From: Chiloscyllium plagiosum
Lineage: Eukaryota
Assembly (NCBI RefSeq): GCF_004010195.1
Contig: NC_057719.1
Span: forward strand, 38,558,401 to 38,622,400
Direction: 5' to 3'
DNA length: 64,000 bases
Each line of letters starts with the position of its first letter. Within the stretch, counting starts at the first letter, position 1. The translations under genes and the position numbers were made by a program. Under the pieces are notes generated by a model that did no database searches, was not told the DNA's origin, and saw only the letters and a program-made list of their open reading frames with translations. Positions 37,401 to 51,644 of this stretch are shown piece by piece.

Positions 37401-39410
37401 TAGAGAGTCAGAGATGTACAGCATGGAAACAGACCCTTCGGTCCAACCCGTCCATGCCAACCAGATATCCCAACCCAATCTAGCCCCACCTGCCAGCACC
37501 TGGCCCATTTCCCTCCAAACCCTTCCTATTCATATACCCGTCCAAATGCCTTTTAAATTTTGCATTTATACTAGCCTTCCCCACTTCCTCTGGTAGCTCA
37601 TTCCATACATGTACCATCCTCTGCATGAAAACTTTGCACCTTCGGTCTCTTTTATATCTTTCCCCTCTCACCCTAAGCCCATGCCCTCTACTTCTGGATT
37701 CCCAGGGAAAAGACCTCGTCTATTTATCCTATTCATGCCTGTGGTGTAAAATTATGTCCCAATACATGTGTGAATCATAATGTAACACATGTATTGGGCC
37801 AAGCAGTGGAATGTGGTGAAACGGTTAAAAATTATGTCCCAATACATGTGTGAATCTAACCGGAATGGAGGTGTTGCTTAGTCCCGTGTGAATCTTATTA
37901 CACACCTCCCCGTGTGAATCTTCTTATCTGTATGTAACCAGAATGGAATGTGTTTTTTAGCCTTGCTCTGCTGTTCACATGAATGTTTATATCTGGAAAA
38001 GAGTATATCAGCTGGAAAAGTCTCCAGTTCGGTGAGTCTGCTCCGGGGTTACGTTTAACCGCCGAGCGTGGGTTGTTGGCAGCCGCTCTACGAGAACTGA
38101 CGGCTCCCAGTTCCGGTAACATGTAGAGTGAGTATAAGCCAGACCCGTTGTAAGTATGAGACCTGGTTGTGGCGACGCTGCGGGGAATAAAATGCTCATA
38201 TTCTAGCAGACTCGCCTCTTGGTCGTTTGTTCTGTGTCAGACTACTCTCCTACGAACCTGACCTTGAGAATTTTTTAAAACAATGCCCCACATGATTTTA
38301 TAAACCTCTATAAGGTCACACCTCAGCCTCTGATGCTCCAGGGAAAACAACCCCAGCTTGTTCAATCTCTCCCTATAGCTCAAATCTTCCAACCTTGGCA
38401 ACATCCTTGTGAAACTTGAAAGGGTTCAGAAAAGATTTACAACATCCTTCTGATAGGAAGGAGACCAGAATTGCATGCAATATTCCAACAGTGGCCTAAC
38501 AGCCTCAACATGACGTCCCAACTCCTGTACTCAATACTCTGACCAATAAAAGAAAGCATACCAAATGCCTTCTTCACTATCCTATCTACCTGCGACTCCA
38601 CTTTCAAGGAGCTATAAACCTGCACTCCAAGATCTCTTTGTTCAGCACCATTCTCCAGGACCTTACCATTAAGTGTAGAAGTCCTGCTAAAATTTGCTTT
38701 CCCAAAATGCAGCACTTTGCATTTATCTAAATTAAACTTCATCTGCCACTTCTCAGCCCATTAACCCATCTGATCAAGTTCCCATTGTGATCTGAGGTAA
38801 CCCTCTTCGCTGTCCACTACACCTCCAATTTTGGTGTCATCTGCAAACTTACTAACCATACCTCTTATACTCACATCCAAATCATATATATATAAATGAT
38901 GAAAAGTAGTGGACCCAGCACCGATCCTTGTGGCACTCCATCTGCAAACTTACTAACCATACCTCTTATACTCACATCCAAATCATATATATATAAATGA
39001 TGAAAAGTAGTGGACCCAGCACCGATCCTTGTGGCACTCCACTGTCACTCACAGGCCTCCAGTTTGAAAAACAACCCTCCACCACCATCCTCTGTCTTCT
39101 ACCTTTGAGCCAGTTCTGTACCCAAATGCCTAGTTCTCCCTGCAATTCATGAGATCTAACCTTGCTAACCAGCCTCCCATGGGGAATCTGGTCAACCACT
39201 TTACTGAAGTCCGCATAGAGTATGTCCACCGTTCTGCCCTCAATCCTCTTTGTTACTTTTTCAAAAAACTCAATCAAGTTTGTGAGACATGATTTTCCAC
39301 ACACAAAGCCATGTTGACAATCCTTAATCAGTCCTTGCTTTTCCAAATACATGTACATCCTGTCCCTCAGCACCCTTCTTAAACAGTGGCACCACTATTC
39401 TAGCCTGGTG
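37401..39410 (-). mobile_element. CR1 LINE (HER1-like) with RT, interrupted by a solo LTR and a 101-bp tandem duplication
   Basis: ORFs 38972..39373 (QHGFVCGKSCLTNL...SGVPQGSVLGPLLF) and 38437..38742. Confidence 0.92.
37740..38282 (+). mobile_element. Young solo LTR, 543 bp, 5-bp TSD
   Basis: TGT...ACA termini; TSD atgcc at 37735-37739 and 38283-38287; TATAA at 38133-38137; AATAAA at 38186-38191; retains many CpGs. Confidence 0.9.
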
Positions 39411-41133
39411 CATTAACTTTCCTAAATTATCCAGCACAACTGATGATTCCTTCTGACAGATGGAAATGTTTGACATACAATGTGGAAACAACTCATTTTT
39501 GTGGGCAGGCAGTTTATCAAAATGAATTTGCAATGAAACAAGCCTAAAAATTCCTCACCCTTGGTGACAGAAAACTGCTTGACCTTAATGCTTTAATGGC
39601 AGCATTAAAACTACAACCTGATGCCTCCAATGTTTGGTCTTAGGGAGCTAGCCACAGGCTCTCCTCTGTTCTGCTTGCGAGAGTAGACTAAATTCATTTA
39701 GATTATAACTATTCATTCTTTGTACAATTGCAAATTCGCCCTTGCTAACAGTGATGACGAGAGCAGCATCTTCATTTTCACAAGCTCAAAGGCAAATTGT
39801 AATTTCCCTCGAAATTCATGTTCACTGTATTACATTAGCAGTATATACAAAGGTGAACAATTTGCATGCAAGGCGAGTATTTACACAAGTTATAGCTTTT
39901 CTGATAAACAGTATGACAAATCTCACCCAAGGTCAAAACTGACATCACAATTACTCCAAGAGAAATAATACAGGTTAAATACAATTTTAATGTACAAATA
40001 ACTAAATCATAAAAGTCCGCAGCCCCTGGAGGTAACGGTTACACAACGAAGTGTGTTTTGAGATAGAGGACACTATTCATTTCAAAAGTTGAAAAATCTG
40101 GACAATGTAAATGTTACAAAACGGGCTGGGCCCATACACCAAGCTATTTGGAACACGTATCACACAGTCACCTGTTAGACCCTTGCTGCAATTGACAAAA
40201 CAAGTTATCACCATTCAAAAAGTAATAAACTTTGGAGTGCCCCAAGGAAATGAAGTCACATCATTTTTAAAACACATTTACAAATTGAATAGTTCTTAGA
40301 GAACACATTCTGGAGCTAATTGGACAGCAGGCTATATTAGGCCTAGCATTGTTGAAAGAGATAGGATTAATTAATAACCTCATGTGAAGGTGACCTCAGA
40401 CAGCAGCAATCCTATGACTAAGCTTTACAATCAATCAGTTTGATGGGAGGGCTAGTGCATGACTAGTATTTTAAACTTAAATAAGAGGAATTATTAGGGC
40501 ATGAAAACAGAGCTAGTTAAAGCAAACTGGCAAATTAAGTTAAAAGATAGGTCAATGGTGTTATAATATCAAATATTTAAGAGAACATTTCAGAATGCAT
40601 ATATTGTAATAAAGAAAGATTCTAAAGGGAGGGTTAACTATCCGCAATTAACTGAAAATATTAGCAATATCTGATATCTGCTACCATAAGAACAGATATA
40701 GTCTACTTCTATTCAGCCCATCAAGTACACTCTGCCCTTCACTGAGATCTTGATTGATCTGATAACCTTGAACTCCACTTTCCTGCCTTATCCCCGTAAT
40801 CTTCAAGCCCCTACTGAAAATCTGTCTAAACCTTGATTATAATTAAGAACTCAGCCTGCACTGTCCTCTGAAGGATTCCACAGATTTACTACACAAGAAA
40901 TTACACTTCACCTCAGTCTTAAATAGAGACCCTATATTCTGAGATTATGCCCTCAGGCTCTAGAATCTCCCACATCTAACTTGTCAAGACCTTTCAGAAT
41001 TTGAGGTTTCAATTAGGTCACCTCTCATTCTTCTAAACTCCAGTCAGTACAAGCTCAATCTACTCAACATCATAAGAACATTGTTTCATACTTGGGGTCA
41101 ACCTAACTAATCTATTCTTGACTGTATCCAAAA

Positions 41134-41345
41134 CAGACAGTCCTCAGTTTGTGAACAGGTTCCTTTCTGGAGTTAGTTTGAAAATCGATTCATACACAAG
41201 TCGAACACAATGGCTAACAATATAAAGGAACAGTTCCTAAGTTTAGGAAATGTTCACACGTCAGATCTTGAATATTCCACCCCTGTATAAGATCACATTG
41301 TAAGTACGAACATTCATAAGCCAGATGTTCGTAAATCGGGGGCCA
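41134..41345. mobile_element. Degraded Tigger/pogo-like non-autonomous DNA transposon (MITE)
   Basis: Left end cagacagtcctcagtttgtgaac and right end gttcgtaaatcgggggcc are imperfect inverted repeats resembling Tigger TIRs; no TA TSD is visible. Confidence 0.45.
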
Positions 41346-43544
41346 TAACTAGGCACAGTATCCTAAGTATCTAAAATAATATCAAATTTAAGGAAAAAGC
41401 ATTAAATTGCTTAAAAGGTGGTATTTCAGAAGATTAGAAAGAATACAAAAACAAAGAATAACCAGAAGGGATGGGGGGAGAAATTAGATGACGAGAGAAG
41501 ACTAGCTAGAAATAAAAACTAGATTGCAAAAGTTTCAGTAGATATTTTATAAAAAGAGTCAATAAAATGAATACTGGTCTTCTAGACAGTGTTTGGGGAA
41601 TTAGTAGTCCCGTAATAAGAATGGAAAATAAAAGGATGACTGTTTTAGAGCTATGTGTTTTAATCATTCTATTGGTCTATTTTAAACAGTATTTGGACTT
41701 TAATTCTTCCTTTGTTTGGGAAATAAACAGCAACCACATATTGTAGGGCAATAAAATTTGTTTCCTAGCACTTTGGGAACTCCTTTAGAAAGAAAAACAT
41801 TCATAACCATACTAGTTATGATATCGCAATTAAATGACGCACGGAACGTAATGAGGAATTAAGCTAGCCAGAAATAGGTATATTAATGACACAAAAAGGC
41901 CAATGTTCCTTTTAAAACTCAAGAGGAAACACTTTGTTGCTTCAAGCTGGATATATCTGCAAAAGGTACATTCATCATTTGATCCATATCAGTGCCAACC
42001 TAATGTAGTAACCCTTTCATGGAAAATAATCTAAAAATTTCTGAACACCTTTATTTGGATAGAATGAAGGAGACATTCATACAATAACTTCAGCTCCAAT
42101 GAAAAGCAATTTTGCTTCACATTGCCAAAGCAGTACAAGTACAAAGGAAGTCTGAATATAGAATCAGGATATTTTGATTGAAAGATGACAGTCATGAAAC
42201 TCGTTACTTACGATTTATAAGAATTAAGTCAGAATTATTACCACACAGGAGGAGGATATTTGGCCCATCTAAGTGAGCATCATGAGTTAGTATTATTCTA
42301 CCATCCTTTCTCCATAACCCTGCACATTATTTAAATAATCTGAATGGCTCCACCACATCTCCTTAGAACCATTCTTGTCAACCTCTAAATTTTTTCACTG
42401 CGTTCACATCCTTCCACAGCACGGTGCCCAGAACTACACACAATAATCCAGCTGGTTTAAACTAGTGTTTTATGTAGGTTCAGCATAACCTGTCTGTCTT
42501 GTACTCTATGCCACTATTAATAAATCCTAGATGTCATGTGCTTTATTAACCACTCACCCTTCAACCTTTAATGAATTATGCACATGTACACCCAAGTACA
42601 TCAACTCTTGCACATGCCTTTAGAGAATATCCTTTGTTTTATTCAGTCTCTCCATGCTTTTTCCACCATTCTTCCACATCAAACTTCCACCTAATTATCA
42701 GCATGCTCCACCAACATGTGCACGTACATTTTGTTAAGGATATTACATAATGTAATTCACAATTGACTTTCTAATCTGTGTCATTAGGACATTTAACCAC
42801 ACTTTCAGATCTAACCACCATGTGACTGATAATAGATTGAAAATAGGCTGCAAGACTGATTCCTATGGTGGTACTTCATTATTCTGAATGTGAACCATTT
42901 ATATCCATTTCTCATGTTTGCTAGCTAGCCAACCAACCTCCTCTGTCCATGCTGAAACACTATCACTTTCCACCACAAGCTCTTATTTTACGTAGCAACC
43001 TTTGGTTTTATATCTTGATTACCTTTTGTAATTTAAGTAGCCATTTCTCTAGACCTGTCTTTGTCCACAATGCTGTCACTTCCTTCATTTTATTTCCCAA
43101 TCTGTTAAATAGGATTACCCTTTCACAAAAGCATGTGACAGATGTGTCCATTAGAAATAGAACATAGAACAGTACAGGCTCTTCAGCCCTCGATGTTGTG
43201 CCAACCTTTCATCCTACTCTAAGATCAAACCAACCTACATACCCTTCATGTTACTATCATCCATGTGCCTATCCAAGAGCAGCTTAAAACGTCCCTAATG
43301 TATCTGACTCTACTAGCATCACTGGTAATGTATTCCAAGCACCCACCACTCTGTAAATATATACTGTATTACTTCTTAGGGTTAGAGTCAAAAACACGTT
43401 TTAAAGGCAAAATTAATTAATTTGTATCTATATATGGATCATTCAAGCATGTCACATTGTTGCAGTGATAATTTGCAGAGGTTTTTTAAAATTAGTTTTG
43501 GGTTATGTGATTTCTCACACAGAGGGGCACAGGAAAAGCAAAAG

Positions 43545-43820
43545 TGGTGAGGAGGGAGGAAATGGGAAGCGCAGGACAGAACCTATGATACAGTGAAAGA
43601 AAAAGAGAGAGCAAGATCGAGAGCATGAGAGAGACAGGTCACAAGCACAACAAAGCGAGCGTGAATGACTGAGAGAGCGAGCACTACAGACAACATGGGA
43701 GCAAGAGTGTGCAAGAGCAAGAGATTGTGAGAGAGATTGTGAGAGAGAGAGAGAGAGAGATTGTGAGAGAGAGAGAGAGAGAGAACAAGAGGAAGAGAGA
43801 GAACAAGAGGAAGAGAAAAC
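43545..43820. repeat. GA-rich compound microsatellite
   Basis: (ga)n runs, gagagattgt repeats, gagaacaagaggaaga x2. Confidence 0.85.
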
Positions 43821-44143
43821 AACAGTTCACACAGGAACACACCCTTTGGCCCAAGCCTGCACCGATAAGATGCCTTTGTAAATTAAAAACCTTTTGACTC
43901 CACACAGTCTGCATTCCTCTATTCCCTGCCTATTCATGTATTCTTTTAAAAAGTGCAAAAATAACTTGACTCTCAAATCTCCTTTAAACTCTCTTTTACC
44001 TTAAATCTATATCCCCTAGTAATTAACATTTCTACTATGGAAAAAAAGACTCCGACTATTCATTTTATCCATGCCTCTCAATTTTGTAAACTCCTACCAG
44101 ATAGCTTCAGACGTTTAAGTGATAATACACCACATTTGCCCAA

Positions 44144-44240
44144 GTAAAATCAGAAATTGCTGGAAAAGCTCAGTAGGTCTGGTTGCACAGTTGAGAGAAA
44201 TCAGAGTTAACATTTTGGGTCCAGTGACCCTTCCTCAGAA
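44144..44240 (-). mobile_element. PLE pLTR fragment inserted in a CR1
   Basis: Minus strand ctgagga-a-gggtc-actg-gaccc-aaaatgtt; CR1 sequence on both sides. Confidence 0.7.
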
Positions 44241-44289
44241 CCCCAGTTTGGCCAGACTCTCCTCATAGTTAATACCCTCTAAACACATG

Positions 44290-44560
44290 CACACAGACAG
44301 CGCCAGACCTGGTACGAGTGTGCATGCACATGTGGGGTGGAGAGAAGAGAGAGTCGGGGGTGGAGAGAAGAGAGAGTGGGGGGTGGGCGCAAGGGGATGT
44401 GTGTGAGTGTGAATGTGAGTGAGTGAGAGAGATGGATGGACAGAGAGAGACGGACAGAGACAGAGAGAGTGAGTGAGTTGGGGAAGGATGGGAATGGAGG
44501 AGGAGAGAGTGAGAGAGATGGGAGGAAAGGGGCGAGAGGGAGAGGACAGAGAGCAAAAGG
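44290..44560. repeat. Purine-rich low-complexity tract (GA/GT)
   Basis: Degenerate gaga/gagt/ggg repeats. Confidence 0.8.
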
Positions 44561-44984
44561 GCAAAAATAAACTAAGTAGCTGCAAGTCAATAGAGAGCGT
44601 TTGCAGAAACCAATACTGCTTGCTGACGCGGCGTCTCTAAACTAGAATACTGTGAAGCTTAAACTAGAACTGGAGAATCAATAACCTTGGGATGCTCAAG
44701 ATTTGCCACCAGAAACAGTTATTTAATCAACATCTTTTCAGAGCTCATATGAACATTTCAAATAGGAGCTGAAGTAGACCATTTGACCCTTCACCTTTGC
44801 TTCATCATTCAATATTATCACTTAACATGTTGTGAACTTCATGTCCACATCTACACCAATTATTAAATTTGTACTGCTACTTGGCTCAGCAAGATCAATA
44901 CGATTAGCTATGAGCCCATAACATAAGTCAATAAACTCGTTAAGAATACCTCCCTCTTTTAGATTTCAAAAGTAAACACTCCCA

Positions 44985-46055
44985 CTTCGCCTACATTGTA
45001 TCTGTTCAGATGACACTACCTTCCAGAACAGCACTGCTGGCATGCTTCTTTCTTCCATAACCGTAGTTTCCCCGTCCACTGTGGTTGACAGGACCCTCAA
45101 GTGTATCCAATCGATTACACGTGCTTCCACTCTCGCCCCTTCCTATCACTCAACAGCGTGATCTAATTCCCTTCCTCACTTTTCATCCCAACAGCCTCCA
45201 CATTCAAAAGGATCATTCTCCACCATTTCAGACGACGCCAGCAGAACGCTATCATCAAACACACCTTCCCCTCACTGCCCCGTCTGCATTTCGCAGAGAT
45301 CACTCCCTGCAGGTGGTTCATTCTACCACCCCTTCCCATGGCATCTTCCCACATAAATCACAGAAGGTGCAACATCTGCCCCTTCATCACCTCCCTGCTC
45401 ACCATCTATGGGTCTAAACAATCTTTCCAGGTGAAGCAGCATTTCACCTGTACCTCCTCCAATCTTGTGTATTCAGTGCACCCAATGTGGCCTATGCTAC
45501 ATTGGAGAAATCAAATGCAGACTGCGTGACTGCTTTGCAGAACACCTTCAGTCCTTACACAAGGATGACCCCAACCTTCACATAGCCGGTCATTTTAACA
45601 CAGCATCCTGCTCGCATGCCCACTTGTCTGTCCTCAGCATACTGCAATGCTCCAGTGAATCACCGCAAACTGCAGGAACAACATCTCTTCTTCGGACTAG
45701 GCACTTTTGACAAGCTTTTGGATTTAATATTGAGTTCAACACCTTCAAATTGTGAACCCACTCCCTTTGTTTTAGCTTTACTTGTTACATTCTGTTACCA
45801 TACCCTCTCTTCTTTCTCCCAAACCCCAGTGGGACTGCCTGTTCTTTCCGTCTAGCAGTTAGACACACTGTTCTGCCATTTTCAGATTCCAATCACTTAA
45901 TCCAAACTAGCAATCTTCTTAACCTCCCTCCATTGCATATACACTGCACACTTAACGTCAGCTTTGATGAAAAATCATCTAGACTCTAAACGTTAGCTTG
46001 CTTTTTCTCCATGGATGCTGCCTGACCCGCTGAGAGCTCCAGCATTTTGTTTTCA
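44985..46055 (+). mobile_element. Degraded PLE 3' portion (RT C-terminus, GIY-YIG, pLTR)
   Basis: ORFs give LTFHPNSL, RRCNICPF...FQVKQHFTCTSSNLVY and CTQCGLCYIGEIKCRLRDCFAEH; degenerate hammerhead at ~45963-45995. Confidence 0.8.
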
Positions 46056-48187
46056 CTAACTGCATTCTGATTGTGAAGTATTAAAAATCTTCTGTTATGG
46101 TCCATCAATGTTTGGATCTCTCAACTTATTTCTCTCTCACCATACCCCAACCCAGACTGCTGAATTTTATTTCAGTATCATTCCAACTGCAACATAACAA
46201 AATAGTCAAACATTTCTCTTACAATTCTGCTTATTTTCATGTGTAACACATAAAATGATATCAAATGTATAAAGTAAAAAAGGATGATTCTAAACCTTAC
46301 ACACAATATATACAACATGGACGCTACTATCCAGGATTAACAGGAAAGCTGATGCCTTTGAGTGGTGGAGTTGCTGAAATGCATAAAATTGACATGCACC
46401 AACATTACAAGCTTTGTCCTATCGTCCCTGGATAAATAGTGCAGCAAGTGGAAGCTGAGCAAGAAATGAATGACTAAAAAAAAAATCCAAAGAATAAGAC
46501 TACTGCACGATTTCATAACTGCAAATTTTGAACGTTTTTAATAAACAGATAAAATCTGAAAGCATTTCTTATCTTTACAGGAAAAATATAGACTGCAATA
46601 TACTTTCTAGTTACTTTGAATATTGAAACAAAATGGATACTTAAACTTCACAGCAATTTGATAAAGCCAGTAAATTCTTCAAAAGGAGATCAAAATAAAG
46701 CAGATGGTCAATGAATCCTCAACAAAGGTGAATTAACATTAATAGAGAAGCTTCATAAATCTAACCAGCACTGGTCAAGCTTTCAATGCATCTTTTATTG
46801 CCTTACAAAACTCAACAGGACTAACATTGGGAGTGGGGGAGGGGAAAAGATGAAGTGAGAGACAGAGGGTGGGAGTTGGTGGCCAGCAACAAAGGAAGAG
46901 AATCAGCTTTCAGTACTGAAGTATTAACTTACTCTTCAAGAACATATACAGCCAGCAGGAGAGGGAGTTGATGAAAAATGGAAGACCTAGGACTGCCAAA
47001 TCAACAAAACATTTTGCACCTAGGCAAATTTGAGAATGAAAATGAATGAATGAATGGATGAAATTCTTGGCACTTGCTTAAAATGATTCCAGAGCCCTGA
47101 AAAACACCTTCGAAATCCCACTGACTGACCCAATGGAAAGTGTTGCCTACATCAATCTTTGAAACATTCAAGTATCTGTACGTCTACTTGATGGATGAGG
47201 AAATTCTGGAGTTCGGTATTAAAGCAAATCTTCAAGCTTTACAGGAAGATGTGGATAAGCAAGGTGGAATAATACAACCCAGAAACTTCAAACGATTTAA
47301 TAATACAGAACCTAAAACAAGTAGAATGGCATAATATTTTTGTTCCTGCCAAATTATATTCAACATTGGTTAGAAAAAGTATAATATACTAAGCAACAAC
47401 TTACATTCCTAAAGCAAATCTTCATTTTTCAGTGATTTTTTAAAATGCTTAATAAAGTTGCATTGTTCCAAAAAAAAAGTGGAGTTATTATAAAGATTGT
47501 TGTCAGCTAGAAAAGGTTACAAATGGGAAGCATGTCAGAACTCTTATACAAAAGCTAACAATTTTGAATACTTCAATATTAATCCTTTCCTATAGGCATA
47601 AACATCACATTTTAAATCCTAAATTATCCTTGATATAGGTCAAACTTAGAAACAAAGTATATCAACAGCAACTCTTCATTTACCACATGCAAGGAAAGTA
47701 GTTATCGCAAGTACTAATGTTAATAAATTGACCTAGAGTAACATTCTATAATTACATAAATGTGTTCTATATTTGTGGTTAAATTTATCTATACCTTATT
47801 TGTTTCTGGTGCTCATTGAAGCATTAAAATTTAATGACTAAGTATGACAGTGGATAAATTTGAATTAGCCCATTTTGGCAGAAGCACTGAAAAGCAGTAC
47901 CCTATGTAAAATGGAGAGAGATTGCAGAACATGTTGATTCAGAGGGCTTTGGTTGTCCTGGTACATTAAGTCATAAAGTCAATATGCAGGTACAAAAAAT
48001 GATTAGGAATGGAAGTGCGTAGCACATTGGTGGGACCACATCTGAAGTACCTATACATAGGTTTGGTCACCTTATTTAAAGATAGAATTACTTTAGAAGC
48101 AGTACAGAGACATTTGTTCAACTCATTCTTAGAATGAAGGCTCATCGAATGAAGGAAGGTTGAAAAGGATAGGCCCATATCCATGAG

Positions 48188-48323
48188 CTTCATTCCTGAT
48201 GAAGGACTTTTGCCCAAAACCTTAATTTTTCCTGCTCTTCATGCCGCCTGACCTGCTGTACTTTTCCAGCACCACTCTAATCTTGACACTAATCTCCAGC
48301 ATCTGTAGTACCCACTTCCAACT
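48188..48323 (+). mobile_element. PLE pLTR mini-insertion with perfect 11-bp TSD inside a CR1 (~47850-48820)
   Basis: atatccatgag at 48177-48187 and 48324-48334; the insertion starts cttcat-tcctgatgaagg. Confidence 0.8.
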
Positions 48324-48829
48324 ATATCCATGAGGGTTTAGAAGAATGAGAAATGATCCTCTTGCAATGTAAGACCTTGTGGTGACTGGATAAGGTGGAT
48401 TTTAGAGGAATATTTCCTCTTGTGGGGAGACTAAAACTATGGCCATTAAGTAATGTTCATTGTGAAGAGGAAAAGGTTCACCAAGACAAATGTCGCTTAC
48501 AATCAGAAACTGGAAAAGTCATAATGGGAAATAATGAGATGACAGACTATTTTCACTGGTGTTTAGAAGAATGGTGGGGGGAGGGGGTGGAATCTCACAG
48601 AAATGTACATAACTCTAACAGAACTGGACAGGGGTCACAATCTAAGGATAAGGGTAGTCCATTTAGGACTGAGATGAGATCGATTTCTTCATCCACAGAG
48701 TGGTGGAATTCTTTCACAAAAAGGCCAAGTCAGTCATCGGGAAGAAAGCGGGAACAGAGTACTGGGTTGGATGGTCAACTGTGTGCAGACTCGAGTGATT
48801 GAATGGCCTACTCTTTTAAATAAAGATGT

Positions 48830-49275
48830 AAACAGAAAAGTCAAAGCCCCCTCAATACTGTCCCCTACTGGGAGGATTGCACTTGTTTAAATACAGAATA
48901 AAGCTCACTCTATTCTTTTTAACAGAGAAGTAAATTTCCTTGACTCTTTTGAACTCAAAGTAAAGATCCTTCAATTCAAAATAAAAATGACATTCCCTCA
49001 ACTCAGTCAGTATCAAACACTCCTGGGATAGGGACAAGGGGTCAAAATACAGAGTAAAGTTTCCTCTCTATGACTCTACAGGTTTGAACTCAAAGTAAAT
49101 TCAAAGCAAAGTTCTCTCAGTTCCGTCCCCAGCAAACATACCCAGGACAGAGACATCAAGGGGTTAAAACACAGGAAAATGTCTTCGACTCGTTAGAACT
49201 AAAAATAACTTTGCCCCCACACCAACCCCATTAAATACCCCTGGGACAGGTACAACAGGGGGTTAAAATAAAAAC
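48830..49275. repeat. Degenerate tandem repeat, ~110-130 bp unit, 3-4 copies
   Basis: Recurrent gaactcaaagtaaa, atcaaacactcc...ggacagg...ggggttaaaatacagagtaaag motifs. Confidence 0.6.
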
Positions 49276-51644
49276 ACCCTTGGTTCTTTGAGGGAGTCCA
49301 AAATGATAATAGGAGGAAAATAAAACTGTTTTGTTGTCAGTTTCTTGACCTGTGTACATCTTTCAGCTCGCATCCTCCGCTCAGCTTACTTTGTCAACCT
49401 GTAAAGCTAAGTAGAAAAGGTAACAGTGACTGGCATGGTTAACTTTTTCCATATGGACATTCCAAAAGTATCTGAAAAAGTACCAAAGATTAGACTTATG
49501 AACTCAATTAAATTTATTGCAATAAAGGAAAATACAAAATGTTTTTCCTAGACTGGAGGGAAAATACAGTTATACTCAAGGGTTGTTATTGAAACCACTG
49601 TTGAAACAGACCACAGAAGGACATAAACTGGGGAAATGACAAGATTTGTGGCAAATGAAATTTAATGCAGAAAAAGGTAAAGTGAGGGAGTACAAGCTCA
49701 AAATTATAAAATAGCGAAGAGACCAGGAGGTGCAAGTACACAAATCTTTTAAGGGGTATGGTCAAATCCATAAGGATTTCAAAAACACACATGGGATCCT
49801 GGGTTTTATCAAAATAGAGACAAAGTATAAAAAAAAAACAAGTTATCAAAACGCTAAAAAATTGTTGACTGGACTTGGGCTATACACACGCTGAACACCA
49901 CACTTTAGGAAGGAGTTTGGACAGAATGCAGAAAGTATCTCTTGGAATACTACTGAAGTGGGGAACCTTCAGTTAAATTGGGAGATTAGAGAGCTCGGGA
50001 ATTCTCAACTTCAAGAAAAGATGCTCCAAACAATGCAGGGAAATTGAGAGGAACAGTTTTAACTGGATGGGGTGTTTATAATCCGAGGTCACAGATTTAG
50101 GATTTGCAAAAGAAAACACAGGATGGGGTGGGAGCAATTTATTCAAAAAGCTGCCGCAGGCACTGTAGACCAAAGGGTCTACTTCAGTGCAGTAATATTC
50201 CATGATTCTAATAAAGTTATACATACTGCTGTCTAAAGCAAATTGATCAGAATGGAGTCTTATAGTACAGTACTACAGTTAGAGGGAAACAAAGGTTCAG
50301 CAATTAAATTCTATCTCTGCATTTAAAATGGTTGATATTAAGTTTATTACTACACAGTATATTATAAAGACTCAAGCAGAAAGTGGAATTTTCAGACAGG
50401 CAATCTAAGGCGAGACAGTAATAGCTTTGTTAGTGTACACTCAATGGATCAAAGGACCTTTTCTCTATAATATGATTCTATGCTACTTGTACATTAAATT
50501 GTTTGATTTCTTTAATATCTAATATTCTGAATGACAGATTTAGTCATGAGGCTTTTACAAGCCCAGGCATCAAGCTTTTGAAAAAGCAATGATCAAAAGT
50601 AATGACTTTTTAAAAAAATAGAATGGAAAAGGCAACATTTTTTGTAATTCACACATCAACCATGCAATTCACAACATTTTTTTTCTTATTAGATGATTAT
50701 AGGGAATTTCACTGCCTGTCTTGACTTGTTTACATATTTTAACTATTTTCCTGAATATTGTTTATGATTCTATTGTAGAAGCCATTGAACTGATTACATT
50801 TTGAGCAATTAACTGTATTCTGTATGAGCAAGCTAACAAAAAAAGAGACATAACTTGAAAGAATAAATCCCCCTTATGTTTAAGAAGTAATATTTGGAGC
50901 AACATTTGAAGGGAAGTTTTAATTTTAGGAAATGGCTTTGTAAAGAGAATCCAACAAGGAAAAAAAGTGTAACTCAAGAATTGAATTTAGATAAAGAATA
51001 AACACTTCATGTCTGTGCTGCTTACAGTTGATAAATAAAAGAAATAGAAATACGAATATCCTCAGGACTGTGAAAACTCAAATGATAATACTTAAGACAA
51101 CTTCTACTGTAGTTTTTAACAGATGGAGGAAGTGGAGTGGAAAAAAAACAAAATTCGTCACCAATGCACATTAGGATATGGAAGAGATATGCTTTAAGGA
51201 CCAACTTAGAAGAGAGGGAGATAGGCAGATGAAGACACGAACAGTACAGATTCCAGATCTGAAGACCAAGACAGATGATAGCAACGATGGAACAATTAAA
51301 ACTAAACATGTGCAACAAGCCACAATGGAGAGAAGCAACTATCTTTCCTGCTTGTGCAGATAAGTAAATCTAAGACCTTTGGGGGGGGGGGTGGAATGCA
51401 GTGAGACCACTGAATGATTTAAAAACAAGGCTTAAAGTGTTAAAAAAATTGAAGCATTAACATAGTGTTTAAATCAGTGAGTCCAGAGGTGATGGGTGAA
51501 TGGAGCATTGAGCAAATCAGGAGATGGGTGGTAAAGGGGCAAGGCTAGTGGTGATAAAGGCTTGGATAAGAGTTTCAGCAGATTAATATTAAAGAGTTGA
51601 TGTAGGTGGTCTTGGTGGAATGCTTGTGTAGCTGAAGGAATCAC

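Noticed and set aside
43583..44590. Ser/Leu/His- or Arg/Glu-rich ORFs
   Set aside because: They are translations of GA microsatellite and low-complexity DNA.
48850..49270. Twister-ribozyme-like reading of the tandem repeat's reverse strand
   Set aside because: I could not build the required P2/P4 stems or pseudoknots.
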